DNA from: a virus
Taxonomy: Duplodnaviria; Caudoviricetes
Strand: one strand, 5' to 3'
DNA length: 64,000 bases
Virus record (IMG/VR): IMGVR_UViG_3300017499_000044
Span: 1 to 64,000 of that record
How positions within the stretch are numbered: position 1 is the first letter of the stretch; every line of letters starts with the position of its first letter. Shown piece after piece: positions 31,501-42,000 of the stretch. Under the pieces are notes generated by a model. It saw nothing but the letters and a program-made list of their open reading frames with translations. It did no database searches and was not told the origin of the DNA. Both the position numbers and the translations under genes were made by a program.

Positions 31501-34500
31501 TAGAGGATATTGTAAAAGCGTATGACAATGGCTATCCCTTGATGACGAGATATTTCACGGAAGGACAGAAGGGATGCAATAACTTCCTCAAAGACGTATC
31601 GAAGCTTAATGATGAATGGGCGCACCTTAACGCGGACGGGAGTTGGGAGATTAACTTCGGAGAAGGCGACGATCAGGCGATTGCTGATAAGCTTGGGGTA
31701 AGCGTTGATGCTGTTCAAATGATAATGCGAAAGCTGTCAAACTATGGATTCAAGATAGATTTGACATCCATCTTTGACGATCTTGATTTAGCAGAAGATA
31801 AACTCACAAGCGCGAATGAGAAGCTTAAGGAACTCGGTGAAACAGAGGTTACTTTTAATTTCAACTCAAGCAGCGTTACTGAGCTTGACGAGCAAATAGA
31901 AGAAGCTCAGAATGTATTGGGACATTTTAAAAACGCGGACGGCTCAATTAATATTAGCACCGAGGGCGCACAAGAAGCGATAGATGTTTTAACCGGATTG
32001 ATACGCAGGAAGCAGGAACTGGAAGCACCAGCGGTAATGAAGGTGGACGTGACATCTCCGGAAACCGATGCAGAAAACGCAATTTCTTTATTGCAGCAAT
32101 TTCAAACAGCCATTAACCAACAAAATTTAAATGCGGCGATAGGGCTTGACACAACCGATGCTCAAAGCAAGATTGATTCGCTTGTAACAAAAATACAAGA
32201 ACTACAGAACAAGAATCCTGATATTGCAGCAGCTCTCAGCATAGACGCCACAAGCGCAGACACAATTAAGGCAAGCATAGAGGCACTTACTCCTGAGGTT
32301 ATGGTCAAAGCCGGTGTCGACGAAGCAAAAATAAGTGAATTTAAATCAACCGAAATTGAGGCATCAGGTACTGTTACATGGGATAATAATACATCTTTAG
32401 TTGACGCATATGCAAAGATTCCAAAGACCGCGCAGGGTGTGGTAGAGTGGAAGAACAATACAGACGAAGTTGAGACCGGCTTCTCGGCATCGTCACCGGC
32501 TTCCAATTCTACTCCTACCCCCTCGCCGTCTCCTTCTAGGGGTGGTCTCGGAGGGGCGTATAGCGGAGGCACCCGAGGCGCAAAGAAGTCCGGTATGTCT
32601 TTGGGCGGTGAACTCGGAGAAGAACTTGTTGTCAGGGATGGCAGATATTTTACGATAGGCTCAAACGGAGCGGAGTTCTTCAATTATAAAAAGGACGACA
32701 TCATCTTCAATGCCGAGCAAACGAGGCAGATATTCAAACAAGGCAAGATTACAAGCGGGAACAGAAGAGGCAGAGCTTTAGTCACAGGAAATGCCTTTTC
32801 GAGCGGAACCGGTAAATTTTTCAATACAGAAACTGCCATGACCTATTCTTCTAAAGACTCGAAGAAGAAATCATCCGAAACAAAAGAAGAATCAGAATTT
32901 GAAAAGCAATACAAGAAACATCAGCACCTGCTGAATATGGAACAAGAAAGCGCAGAGACTTACCTTAACTGGCTCAAAGGCGCATATAAAGACGCGTATA
33001 ACTCCGGGCAAATAGAACTGGATGAGTTCTACAAGTACGAGGAGGAAGTATACAGCAAATCTAAGGAACTGTTCAACGACACCCTCGGAGATATGGAACA
33101 CGAAATCGAAATGCTTGAGCATCAAAATGCAAGTCCCGATGCAATAGTTTCCAAGTATGTCGAAATGATGGATGCCGTGAGTAAGCAGGAAAAGCAATAT
33201 CGAGCTCAGGGGTTAGACGACAATTCAGACGCCATACAGGAGCTTCAGGACAAATGGTGGAATTACTACGACAAGATTAAAGAAAAGCGTATCGAACAAT
33301 ACGAAGATGCGGTATCCGCAAGCGAGAATATAGTAAAGCAAAACGAAACTCTGCTTGACAATGCTGTATCCGGCGGAGATATTACCAAAGCAAAAGAATA
33401 CAGCGACACAATTATCGCTGAATACAGACGTGCGCAGGAAACCATTCACGCCGAGGCGGAGTATTACAGGTCTCTCGGCTACGAAGAAACAAGCGATGAA
33501 ATATCCGATTTAAGCAGCAAATGGCAGGAGTATCAGGATAACATCACCGAAACTGCAAAGAAGGGCTATAAGGAAATAGTAAGCAAGGCGACGGATATAA
33601 CCGACAGCCAGGTTACGGAAACCGAGCGACTGCTCGACAGAAACCTAAAGAGTATTACCGAAAGAACGATGTCGGGTTCAAAGAATGCGTTTAGCACCGC
33701 TTTTCTCCTCCCGTCATTAGACGGCTCGGAATACAAGCCCGAAAGACAGCATAAGAACGCATCTGCAGGCGGCTCACAGGATGCGCAGGTAATCGAAAGC
33801 ATTAATTTGACAGACGCTACGAATTACAGCGAGCTTGCCGAGAATATAAAAAGCTCCCTTGCGCAGGAGATAAGTCGGGCAGTCTCGGAATTTACGCGGG
33901 ACGACTGGGCTCAAATGATATACAGCAATCCTCTGCGGGCGTTTGTTCTTGACGAGGAAAGCTGGAGCAAGCTGTCTGAGCAGATAAGCAGCTATATGAC
34001 CGAAATGAATCTTTCGGAGGAAGAGTTTGGAACAAGCGAAAACTTCCTTCAGAATGTCATAGACAATATGATTGTTGACACAATCAACAACGACGGCAGT
34101 TCGTGGGAGAACCTAAGCGAGCAGATACGCGGATATATATCATCTATCTGGAATTTGTCAAGCGAGGATTGGAATGCTCTATGTTCGGCTCAGCCTCTCA
34201 TAGCCGCAAGCTTAAAGATGAGCGGAAACGATTCATGGCAGGCGCGTGAGCAGCAGCTTGTCGGAAACAACGGCATCATTCCCGAAATGATGAACAGTGC
34301 GGACGCTGTTGTGACAAACAGCTCCCTTGGCGCACCGACATACAGCAAGACCGAGTATTCGAATCTTGGCATATCCATGGGCAACTCTATTATAGCCTCG
34401 CTCCAAACAACAGTGTCTGGTGCGAATATTAGCGCGAAGGTCTCGTACGGTGGCGACACAGGAATAACAGATACTCAATCGCCGACAGGCGGGACGACAT

Positions 34501-37500
34501 CGGCTTCGTCTATAGTGGCTGCGGCGCAAAACGAGGTAAACAGCAACGGCGGTCACCTCGGCGATGACAACAAGTACAGCAGAACAATGGGCGGAGGGAT
34601 AGAAGAGTGGTGCGGAGACTTCGTTGATTACTGCGCAAAGGCGGCGGGAATAAACGCACCCCGTCAAAGGTCTGTTATAAACGGCGCATCTTCAATGTCC
34701 TCTATGGGCTTGTACAGAAGAGCCGATGAATATGACCCCAAGCCCGGCGATTTCATTTATTTCAGCAATTCCAAAAAAGGCGGTAATGCTTCGATAGGCT
34801 CACTCACACATATTGGTATTGTCGAATCATTTGATAAGGCGAACGGCGTTGTACATACCATTGAAGGCAATACAAACCACGATTCGCTTATGCGAAGGAA
34901 TAGACCGCTGAGTGAAAACTACATCGCAGGATACGGAATCACATCCTCTCTCCCCCGCTACGAAAAGGGGACTTCCGGAACGGCGGGAGGCAGTGCGCTT
35001 GTCGGAGAAAAGGGCAGAGAGCTTGCAATACTGCCCAGCGGACAGGTTGTTATACTCGGCAAGCACGGAGCGGAAATAGTTGACCTGCCGGCAAGAACAC
35101 AGATACTCCCCAACGACGATACGGAAGAGGTACTGTCATACACGGGTTCTAATATAGACGGACACACAATACAGAAATATGCAAGGGGGACAACCGTTGA
35201 CCCCATGGACATAGCAAAATACATAAGAGAGCAATACCCCGAGGTGACGGATCAGGGCATAGCGGCAATACTTGGTAATATATACGCGGAGTCAGGGTTT
35301 AACACGCAAAGCAAAACCACCGAAGCGTACGGCAGCGGGAGCGGCAGACAAGTAAACAGATGGGGTTTATTCCAGCTTGATGATGAGCGTATCCCGGGAT
35401 GGAGCGGCATTGTCGCAGGCGGCGACTGGAGAAAACAAATAGATACTGTCTTAGCCGAAGGAAGATATAAAAACTCCGGCATGGGAAGCAATTCCAAATA
35501 TAACGTCTGGGATACGATATTAACCAATAGTTCTCTAAGCGCTTCGGATGCTGCAGCTTTATGGGATAAGCTTTACGAACGTTCCGATGGCTCGGCGAGA
35601 CAAAAACGCATGACCAAAGCGGAGGAGTACTATCAGCAAATTGCGAGCGGAAGTCTTGGTAGTTTGTCTGAGCTGGCTATCGCCGTTGACGCAAACACAT
35701 CTGCCACAGAAAGTGCGACTGTTGCCGTTAAGGCAAAGGAAAAAACCATAACCGATGAGATTGCGGAGATAGTCAAGAACCCTTCTACATATTCCCGCGA
35801 TGTAATTAACGACTACATGACGTATGTCTCGAACCGAGACAGCATGATTAACACTCAGGCTCAAGCGGAGAAGTACGGGGATATTGATGCCGCCGAAACA
35901 ATCGAAGGCTCCCGTAAGCTTCAGGACATGAGTGAGACACTCACAATGCAGCTTGACCTGTACAATAATGCCGCCGCAGAGTACACAAAGCAATATGAAG
36001 CACTTCAGAATTTGTATTGGGAAAAGGCTGCAGGCGGCGCGGGAAATGAAGTGCTGAGCGAAATAATCAGCGCAATGAGCGATGTTTCCGCAAAGATAGA
36101 TGATGTTTCCGACAAATGGCAGGATGCGATAGAAAGCATGGGTGACTCGTTCACCGCACTTCTCGATAACATGATGGCGCAATACCGCGAGGCGAACAGC
36201 CGAGCGCAGAGGTCTTTAACCAATCTCTCTCATATGGCGGAAATGACATCAGACCCTTACTCACTGCACAACATATACGCGTCTATGGGCATGGAATACG
36301 ACAGGCAGTCTAAGAACTATAAGGCTATTATGGATGCGGTGAGCCAAACGGCAAGCTACATACGAGGCGAAAGTGAAAGCTCATCCGCTCTCGGCAATGC
36401 GGCTTTAAAAGGCTATGCCGCAGAACAGGGGCAAAAGGTTCGTTCTTACTATCAATCGCTGATAGACAGCGGAAAACTTGGCGACTACGAGTCGTTGTTC
36501 TATTCGGACGGAACGGTTGACACGTCTGCGCTTGAGGAGACCATAAAATATTTCACAGATGAAGAAAAAGCTGAGGCGACATCCTTTATCAATTGGCTTT
36601 CTCAGTACAAGATTTTGTGGGAGAATGATATATCGAACCGTTTCACAGACATAACATCCAATTTCTCCTCGGAGTTTTTGAATACATTGTTTGACGGAGA
36701 CGGCGAGATAACTCAAGCCGCATATGATATGGTGGACGGATTCACCGAGCTTGACGTACCGGCGAGACAGGCGGGCGCGGCTCTCGGACAGCAGGTAAGA
36801 GAAGGATGGGCTGAACAATTACAGGACTTCGGCAACTATGAATATTGGTTTACCGACAACGTATTCGACGCGAATAAGTTTACCGAGTCAACATCGGATT
36901 GGTCACAGGAGAAGAAGGATGCGGCATGGCAATTCGCTCAGGAACTTGCCGAGGCTAAGAGTATGTACTCAAGTCAAACCTTGGACGAATATCAGCGAGA
37001 TTGGAATTTATTCCTAACATTCCTGTCATCGTCGAAAAAGGTTTACTATGAGAATCAGGAAAGCTATAACGAATCTCTTGAGAGGATGTACGAAAACTCA
37101 AGGCAGATGATGGAAGCCGCAAGCGATGCTTTGAGCCAAATAGACAGCGTGTACAGCACTCTGCATAATGCGGCGAATGAGTACGCAGACAGTGGATTTA
37201 TAAGCGTTGACACGTATCAGAGCATATTAGACCTTGGCGTAGAATATCTTGCCATGCTCAAAGATGAGAACGGTCAGCTTGTCATAAACGACACCAGCAT
37301 CAAGAAGGTTCTTAAAACAAGAATACAACAGGTCGGTGTTGAGACAGCCCTTAACTACATCGAGCAGCTCAGGATGGCAAGGGCTGAAGGCAATGTTGAC
37401 ACGCTTACTAATCTGCTTTATGTGACCGATGAGCTTAGCACCTCCACATGGGACTTGGTATATGCGGAGCTTGCATCGGTGGGACTCAGTGAGCAGGAAT

Positions 37501-38966
37501 TTAACGCGGCATACCAAAGAATAAACTCGATAAGGATATTGGGCGACACAGCGGCTCAGGGTGTCGGAAAGACAAGCGACAGCATTATTGACGGTTTGAA
37601 CGACACGGCAGACGCTCTTGACTCTATTCTGCAATACACAATAGATATGATAAAGCAGGAAACGCAGAACAAGATAGACGCGCTTGAAGAGCAAATCTCG
37701 GATTACAAGGAAATCATAAGTCTGCAAAAGGAATCTCTTGAGGTTACACGGGAACAGGACGACTACAACAAGAGCGTATCCGACAAGCTTAAAGAGATTT
37801 CGGAAACGCAGTCGCGCATAAATCAGCTTTCGCTTGACGACAGCCGCGAGGCGCAGGCGGAAAAGAAATCCTTGGAGGAGGAGCTTTCTGAGCTTCAGAC
37901 AGACCTTAGCGATTATCAGGCGGACTATGCCTATGAAAAGACGACCGAGTCCCTCGATAAGATGGCGGAGGCGTATGAGGAAGAAAAGAATGATGAGATA
38001 GAAACTCTGGAAAACAGCATATCATCTTATCAAAAGCTTTACGATTTGGCTATTGCCAGAATTAAATCCGAAGGCTCGGATTTGCTCGATCAGCTCTTAA
38101 GCTGGAACGAGGAATACGGAAGCGACCTTAACAGTACTATTGTTGAGGCATGGAAAAACGCATCCGACGCATTGGATGAATATAATTACAAATACGAAAA
38201 GGCTCTGAAGTCTGTGAATAATCAGATAGAGGATTCTTCAAACAATGAGAACTTGGTAGTCGGGAGATCCGGCTCAGGCTTGGGATCGAACACGTCAAGT
38301 TCATCTGGTTCATATGATACTCAGGCGGCAAATACTATTGTAGCACAGATGAAGGCTAACTCGAACGCATGGTACGGGGCGAGCGAGACCGAACGAGAAA
38401 ATCTTGCCAGCGAAAATCAATACTTAGGTAAACAACTAAAGAATCTAGGCGTGAAAGCAGTATACGACAGCGGTTCTGGAACATGGTATATAGGAAGCGT
38501 TGGCGGCACAAAGCTTTATGACGCATATCCGAAATATCACACCGGCGGTGTTGTGGGAGCTTCAACGTCTAAGAAGGATGAAGTCATGGCAGTTCTTCAG
38601 GATGGAGAGCTTGTTATTGACAAAAAGCGCGAAGAAGGATTGTATAAAATAATAGACTTCGCTCAAGTTCTCTCAGAGCGCCTCGGCAAGGTTATAGACA
38701 CAACAGGCTTCAAAAACATATTCAGGGCTTCGTCTGTCGTTCCCGACATAAGCAGCCCTGCACCGACAGTGCAGTCGGGTGTAGGAACGATAGACTTTAA
38801 CCCAAGCATAGAAATCAATATAACACACAACGGAGAAATGACGGATTCTGACGCAAGACGCTACGGCAACACCGCAGCGGAAGCAGCTCTTAGTGAATTG
38901 AAAGATGCGTTTACAAAAAGAGGCATTACAACACTGGGAGGCGCAGCGTTAAAGTCATCAAGATAA
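25548..38966 (+). CDS. Tail tape measure protein (4472 aa) with CHAP and phage-tail-lysozyme-like domains
   Basis: TP901-type core (ELDSAMTELRKV...FARLGY...VGTTLKT); CHAP WCGDFV/THIGIV/TIEGNT at about 34510-34940; AAILGNIYAESGFN...YERS at about 35210-35640. Confidence 0.92.
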   Translation: MADFLLTVGIDTSVSLGQIQSDINNMISKVNANPPKVKVDLETDSASMNKFKQQIANISKNANVQNIMPRSTGSANAGSGIAADLSRITSNAQTATKAFQQMKTTMSSVNADKIRSALSGIDGISSTNADKLVSSLEQVEGTITSIKAKWANTNKGEPLLSVDVKAKNELGQTIDQLIQYNAKTGEISKQITSVTQKFQEAETASKAAAQGMKEAQAAAAKTSESAKSMSESPKALTSGTKEYSNALTQIDTKVKTIRGQLEKWTAAKGGKSSEYYTQLNKSVTDLETLRKSVESGTLNQEDFTKRFAAIKASAAEAAKEIQKVDEATASSSKLITSDTTAYQKAETQINNLLGRITENRQKWTAAKDGKSSASYTQLGQSVLDLKALKGELAGGTLSESDFAARFNEIKVSADQASAAIKAVCENMKATTSAALTSGTKDYNNALAKINDLSTSIARNRENWTAAQNGQSSASYAQLEQYATELENLRNRLESGTLTGAEFNEGFGRISSEARLAFSEIQRLGEAMPAASNNLAKGTAQYMNALREINTLLAKVRSNQEKWTAAKNGRSAASYEQLTQSIGWLETLRDDVANGNVTNEAFRKRFAEIKADVTTATTAIKGAGEATSTWGERIRSLSGQFSTWFSITQAIMQGINAIKQMTTNVIELDSAMTELRKVTDASEATYDKFLTSASDRAKKYGASLIDTVSATSDFARLGYGIDDAAKLADASIVYKNVGDDIKSIGDASSSVISTMQAFGIEAEDVMTIVDRFNEIGNKYAISSGGVGDALMRSAAAMQAAGNTLDETIGLVTAANTVVQDPDKVGTTLKTVSMYLRAAKTDAEEAGESTDGMAESVSKLRDEFLTLTNGKVDIQLDEDTYKSTYQILKELSQVWDELTNITQANILEKIGGKRNSNIVAALLENFQIAEDAMNTAADSEGSALAENDKVLDSIQGKINVLKASWQDLSQAFISSDFIGNAVTGLTGLANTFEKLASTMGPLPTTIGVLTTALRLFGKNFGIFSQANGQLQIFGKSLEQAKSNFQSFGNVITSIKNASSLKEAIALIGNAGRRDVDKILANFAPADQAANITALSNFQREVRREVTPNTSDTGLMTMTNTPWSTYIQDLPEEMQRVAAEIQAGNTSVEEYAASLGAMAIKSKAAAIATTVLSTAMNVAFNMLISWGISLAIQGMVTGLDNLIHAEEKAAEKAKEIAQQSREAADSQAEKVSNLSSLIEKYQQLASSETQDASTRSEIADIQSQIVSLIGAQAGNLDLVNGKLDEQLAKLREIQGTEVEQGVTDARKAYLDSTKSVDNSYSMRIDDANKEYKEIRMIDLDERVMPTTQKGREYYKQLELINEAWSSNGYGDMYLKPTLELFDKARVGLRYNGNLSISEQIKALDEAIQILEDNSYTDSNLWNKLVEDRKEFAGKDSEYAHQLSTATGLLNSLTQQEIGQGEDVHTFNEYINYRDKLIDTIANDRTIRSAIEDGVLNNDQITSTIDNYLGSLEKYETYYKQWSASIKTNNDENITQLKRSYGTLRAVQKAEMESAQLAMEEGVKNFNLDNFLNKTKFGNIDLNNRQALEWDIGNRIDYQDAIKSWNMGMPNVGDISTVLGMSETFGNKDNPVEIAFSPMLQTDQGAVLLSSQAVHAYMEILFAELERTKGNWTTEDLLELDSRGTVVAGQEIKNIIADVGETAQQTGIAMHYLGTDGAISQDAIDSAKEFGEWIDQLSDNDKTIAYSMSFETDSATWTLEQWHDELQRLKGDTSALDELKTKVKAIQDVAAGTINFDISAQTTGFDTVNEAISSSVSSTGLTSDMISKITDRYSNLEVFDASALFEKTVNGIHLNADSLRELEAEYNKLNGVYLQTALDEQVEKYNELTKSIAECSDETKRASLMSEQHTLKQQIEDTADLAAQYDGLTSAYKKWVDAQSAPEEGDMYDNLQSKLEDIKELYKAGLVGTNEFRSAVQLMTNFDISDWDIEDIVKAYDNGYPLMTRYFTEGQKGCNNFLKDVSKLNDEWAHLNADGSWEINFGEGDDQAIADKLGVSVDAVQMIMRKLSNYGFKIDLTSIFDDLDLAEDKLTSANEKLKELGETEVTFNFNSSSVTELDEQIEEAQNVLGHFKNADGSINISTEGAQEAIDVLTGLIRRKQELEAPAVMKVDVTSPETDAENAISLLQQFQTAINQQNLNAAIGLDTTDAQSKIDSLVTKIQELQNKNPDIAAALSIDATSADTIKASIEALTPEVMVKAGVDEAKISEFKSTEIEASGTVTWDNNTSLVDAYAKIPKTAQGVVEWKNNTDEVETGFSASSPASNSTPTPSPSPSRGGLGGAYSGGTRGAKKSGMSLGGELGEELVVRDGRYFTIGSNGAEFFNYKKDDIIFNAEQTRQIFKQGKITSGNRRGRALVTGNAFSSGTGKFFNTETAMTYSSKDSKKKSSETKEESEFEKQYKKHQHLLNMEQESAETYLNWLKGAYKDAYNSGQIELDEFYKYEEEVYSKSKELFNDTLGDMEHEIEMLEHQNASPDAIVSKYVEMMDAVSKQEKQYRAQGLDDNSDAIQELQDKWWNYYDKIKEKRIEQYEDAVSASENIVKQNETLLDNAVSGGDITKAKEYSDTIIAEYRRAQETIHAEAEYYRSLGYEETSDEISDLSSKWQEYQDNITETAKKGYKEIVSKATDITDSQVTETERLLDRNLKSITERTMSGSKNAFSTAFLLPSLDGSEYKPERQHKNASAGGSQDAQVIESINLTDATNYSELAENIKSSLAQEISRAVSEFTRDDWAQMIYSNPLRAFVLDEESWSKLSEQISSYMTEMNLSEEEFGTSENFLQNVIDNMIVDTINNDGSSWENLSEQIRGYISSIWNLSSEDWNALCSAQPLIAASLKMSGNDSWQAREQQLVGNNGIIPEMMNSADAVVTNSSLGAPTYSKTEYSNLGISMGNSIIASLQTTVSGANISAKVSYGGDTGITDTQSPTGGTTSASSIVAAAQNEVNSNGGHLGDDNKYSRTMGGGIEEWCGDFVDYCAKAAGINAPRQRSVINGASSMSSMGLYRRADEYDPKPGDFIYFSNSKKGGNASIGSLTHIGIVESFDKANGVVHTIEGNTNHDSLMRRNRPLSENYIAGYGITSSLPRYEKGTSGTAGGSALVGEKGRELAILPSGQVVILGKHGAEIVDLPARTQILPNDDTEEVLSYTGSNIDGHTIQKYARGTTVDPMDIAKYIREQYPEVTDQGIAAILGNIYAESGFNTQSKTTEAYGSGSGRQVNRWGLFQLDDERIPGWSGIVAGGDWRKQIDTVLAEGRYKNSGMGSNSKYNVWDTILTNSSLSASDAAALWDKLYERSDGSARQKRMTKAEEYYQQIASGSLGSLSELAIAVDANTSATESATVAVKAKEKTITDEIAEIVKNPSTYSRDVINDYMTYVSNRDSMINTQAQAEKYGDIDAAETIEGSRKLQDMSETLTMQLDLYNNAAAEYTKQYEALQNLYWEKAAGGAGNEVLSEIISAMSDVSAKIDDVSDKWQDAIESMGDSFTALLDNMMAQYREANSRAQRSLTNLSHMAEMTSDPYSLHNIYASMGMEYDRQSKNYKAIMDAVSQTASYIRGESESSSALGNAALKGYAAEQGQKVRSYYQSLIDSGKLGDYESLFYSDGTVDTSALEETIKYFTDEEKAEATSFINWLSQYKILWENDISNRFTDITSNFSSEFLNTLFDGDGEITQAAYDMVDGFTELDVPARQAGAALGQQVREGWAEQLQDFGNYEYWFTDNVFDANKFTESTSDWSQEKKDAAWQFAQELAEAKSMYSSQTLDEYQRDWNLFLTFLSSSKKVYYENQESYNESLERMYENSRQMMEAASDALSQIDSVYSTLHNAANEYADSGFISVDTYQSILDLGVEYLAMLKDENGQLVINDTSIKKVLKTRIQQVGVETALNYIEQLRMARAEGNVDTLTNLLYVTDELSTSTWDLVYAELASVGLSEQEFNAAYQRINSIRILGDTAAQGVGKTSDSIIDGLNDTADALDSILQYTIDMIKQETQNKIDALEEQISDYKEIISLQKESLEVTREQDDYNKSVSDKLKEISETQSRINQLSLDDSREAQAEKKSLEEELSELQTDLSDYQADYAYEKTTESLDKMAEAYEEEKNDEIETLENSISSYQKLYDLAIARIKSEGSDLLDQLLSWNEEYGSDLNSTIVEAWKNASDALDEYNYKYEKALKSVNNQIEDSSNNENLVVGRSGSGLGSNTSSSSGSYDTQAANTIVAQMKANSNAWYGASETERENLASENQYLGKQLKNLGVKAVYDSGSGTWYIGSVGGTKLYDAYPKYHTGGVVGASTSKKDEVMAVLQDGELVIDKKREEGLYKIIDFAQVLSERLGKVIDTTGFKNIFRASSVVPDISSPAPTVQSGVGTIDFNPSIEINITHNGEMTDSDARRYGNTAAEAALSELKDAFTKRGITTLGGAALKSSR
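26249..27430 (+). repeat. Four diverged ~99-aa tandem repeats in the TMP N-terminus
   Basis: WTAA(K/Q)xGxSxxxYxQL recurs about every 297-300 nt. Confidence 0.9.
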
Positions 38967-39018
38967 AAATAAAGAAACGCAGGAACGGGCGGTGTAACAG
39001 CCGCCCGACATACTTAAC

Positions 39019-42000
39019 ATGGAGGTGATTGTGTTGGTTATTGACTTTTCATCCATCGGGGTTATTAAAGAACAGCCGACTTTAATACTCTGCAGCGTTG
39101 ATGATTCCGCTATAGGTTCACTGAGTGCCGCATATAATTTAACCGGAGACATATGCTACAACGAAACATCCACAATATCATTCGAGCTTCCCGCATACAT
39201 CGATGGGCAGAGAACACCTCATTATGATGATGTCATCGGTATGCGCACAATAAAGATACCCAAATACGGCAGATTTGTAATAGTGAATCCGTCGACCACG
39301 AACGATGGCGTGAAGGAGATAAAAACCTGCAAGGCATATTCCTTGGAATATGAGTTCACGTATAAACAGGTGTATTTTGAAGAAGGAACATATAATTTTT
39401 ACGATCCATTCAGTCCCAACGATACCGTGTTGGGAATGCTCATGGAAGATTTTCCGTCATGGAGTCTCGGAGATGTTGACTCCGCTCTTATAGGAAAATA
39501 CAGGACGTTTGAGGAAACGGACTCAAACGCGTACAACTTTATAAAATCAACCTTACAGGAATCGTATGAGTGCATCTTTGATTTTGACACATTGAATAGG
39601 AAGGTTAATGTGAGAAGCACATCCGCCGAATCCACTCCGACTCCGGTGTATCTGTCTCTTGATAACCTAATCAAGGAGCTTAAGATAGAGGAAGATACGG
39701 AAAACATTTACACCGTCCTTGATGTCAGCGGCGGCGAGGATGTCGATATACGAATGGTAAATCCATTGGGAACAAACAAGATATACAACCTTGATTATTT
39801 CATGAAGCCGTCACATTTCGAAAGTTCTATGATTGAGAAATGGAACAGCTGGAAGAAGTCGTATGAGAATGAGCAGACTCCGTTTTACAACATATCACTT
39901 GAACGCTCCCTTAAAACAGCCGCTATTTCAACCGAGGAGTCAAAGCTCAACGAACTTAAGAGCATAGACCTTGCGGAGCTGACATCAGAGCGGGCGGTGT
40001 ATATTGAATATCTTGCCAAGCTTGTGGATGACGACAGTGATGATTACAACGCTTATCAAAAGAAGCTTAAAAAGGTTAACAGCGAAATTGACGATAAGAA
40101 CGCTGAAATATCAGAGCAGGAGGATGTTATCGCCTCACTGAAGGCGGAAGAGACCGCATTGACCGAAAAGCTTACCGAAATCAAAGCCGGACTGGCATTT
40201 GATAATTTTTTCACCGCTGAGGAGCTGAAGCTGTTGGATAGGTACTTCAAGGAAGAGAGTATTGAGGAAACGACATTCGTTGTTTCGGAGGTGGATTCTT
40301 ATGAAACATCAGACATAAGCAACTCTATAAAAGGAATAAGTATAACATTTGCAAACTGCAATTTTACCGAAACCGAAACAGACAGCGAAACTAAAATGTA
40401 TTCCATTTCCGGCGGTTCGTTTAGCTTAACAAATACAACAACGACATTAGACGCGGAAACAGTGAATGCGACTTTTGAAGTTAAGAGCGACAAGACCATA
40501 ATACTATCGGCATATCTGAATAAAGGAAAGATAGGCGATTCGGAATTTCCGAATGCGACCATATCGCTGACGGGAGATTACTCAAGCGTCACGCTTTCAG
40601 GTGACGGCAAGACGGGACATACCTCATCTGTCAGCGTCGGCGGCATATCGGGACAGATGTATTTTACAAGAAACACAACCGACTACGAAAAACATTCGGT
40701 GTCGTGGGATTTGTATGAGTACGGCAAAAGCACCCTTGAGAAGCTGGCATATCCATCATACACGTTTGATGTATCGTCTGCGAACTTCTTATCAATGGAT
40801 GAATTTGAGGGATTTATTCAACACCTAAAGCTCGGTCAAAAGATTTATATTAATACCGACAACGAAATTTTAGAGCCTATACTTATAGGAGTGGAAATAG
40901 ATTTTGACGACCCGACATCATTGACACTGAAATTCAGTGACACGTACAGCGCATCCGATAATGCGTTCAAGCTTGTCGATTTGCTTGACCAAAGTATTTC
41001 GATGGGGCGAACGGTCGAATCGAGTAAACTCAACTATTCCTCGTTTGTTAACAGCGGCGCCTCAAACGCCGTTAAAGATTTTATGTCATCCGCTCTTGAT
41101 ATTGCAAAGAACTCAATCTTATCAAGTGATGGGCAGGGCGTGTCATGGGACAATGCAGGACTGCATCTGCGTAAATACATTGATAAGGACGATCCTGACA
41201 AGGGTTACGAGGATGAACAAATCTCAATGATAAACAACAGCATCGTCTTTACGGATGACGGATGGCAGACAGCCAAAATGGCAATAGGCAGAATCATAGA
41301 TGGCAATATCGGCTCATACGCGGAAACATCCGATACGGAGTACAACGAGAAGAAAACCTATTACTATATTGATGTTGACGAAAACTATCAGAAATGGAAT
41401 GGCTCGGAAGAGAAATGGGAAGCAGAGGACAGACCATTGCTCTACGAGAAAACAGGCACAGCCTATGGAATAGTAGCCCCATATATTGTGGGTACCATTC
41501 TTGCCGGCGAGAATTGTATGATAGACACCAGCAATGGAAGCTTTAAGGTTGATGAGAGCGGCGTTTATATAGATTCTCTCAAATTTTATATTACGCACGG
41601 AGGTACCACATACGACACAACTCTGCAAGATGAACTGGACAAGCTTGATCTGGAATCCACGCAAATAGCCGGAGATATTGGAGATGTCGTGCAGAATATT
41701 GACGGGCTGTCGAATATGACGGTGGCTGTTTATTACCAAGCCGATGAACCGGAAACAGACAACGTTGGAGATCTATGGTTTAACACAGACACAAATCGAT
41801 TGTATTGCTATTCCGGACTTATGTGGCGTGATACAAACAATGATGGATATGCTGAAAAAATCAAACGGGGACAGGACGAACAAGCGGGAAGCGATGGTGT
41901 GATAATGTACTACCAACAAGAAGCGGCTCCATCAGAAGCATCTGCGGGCGACCTATGGTTTAATTCCTCAAAAAGCAAAACGGGAAAAAGAAATATCGCA

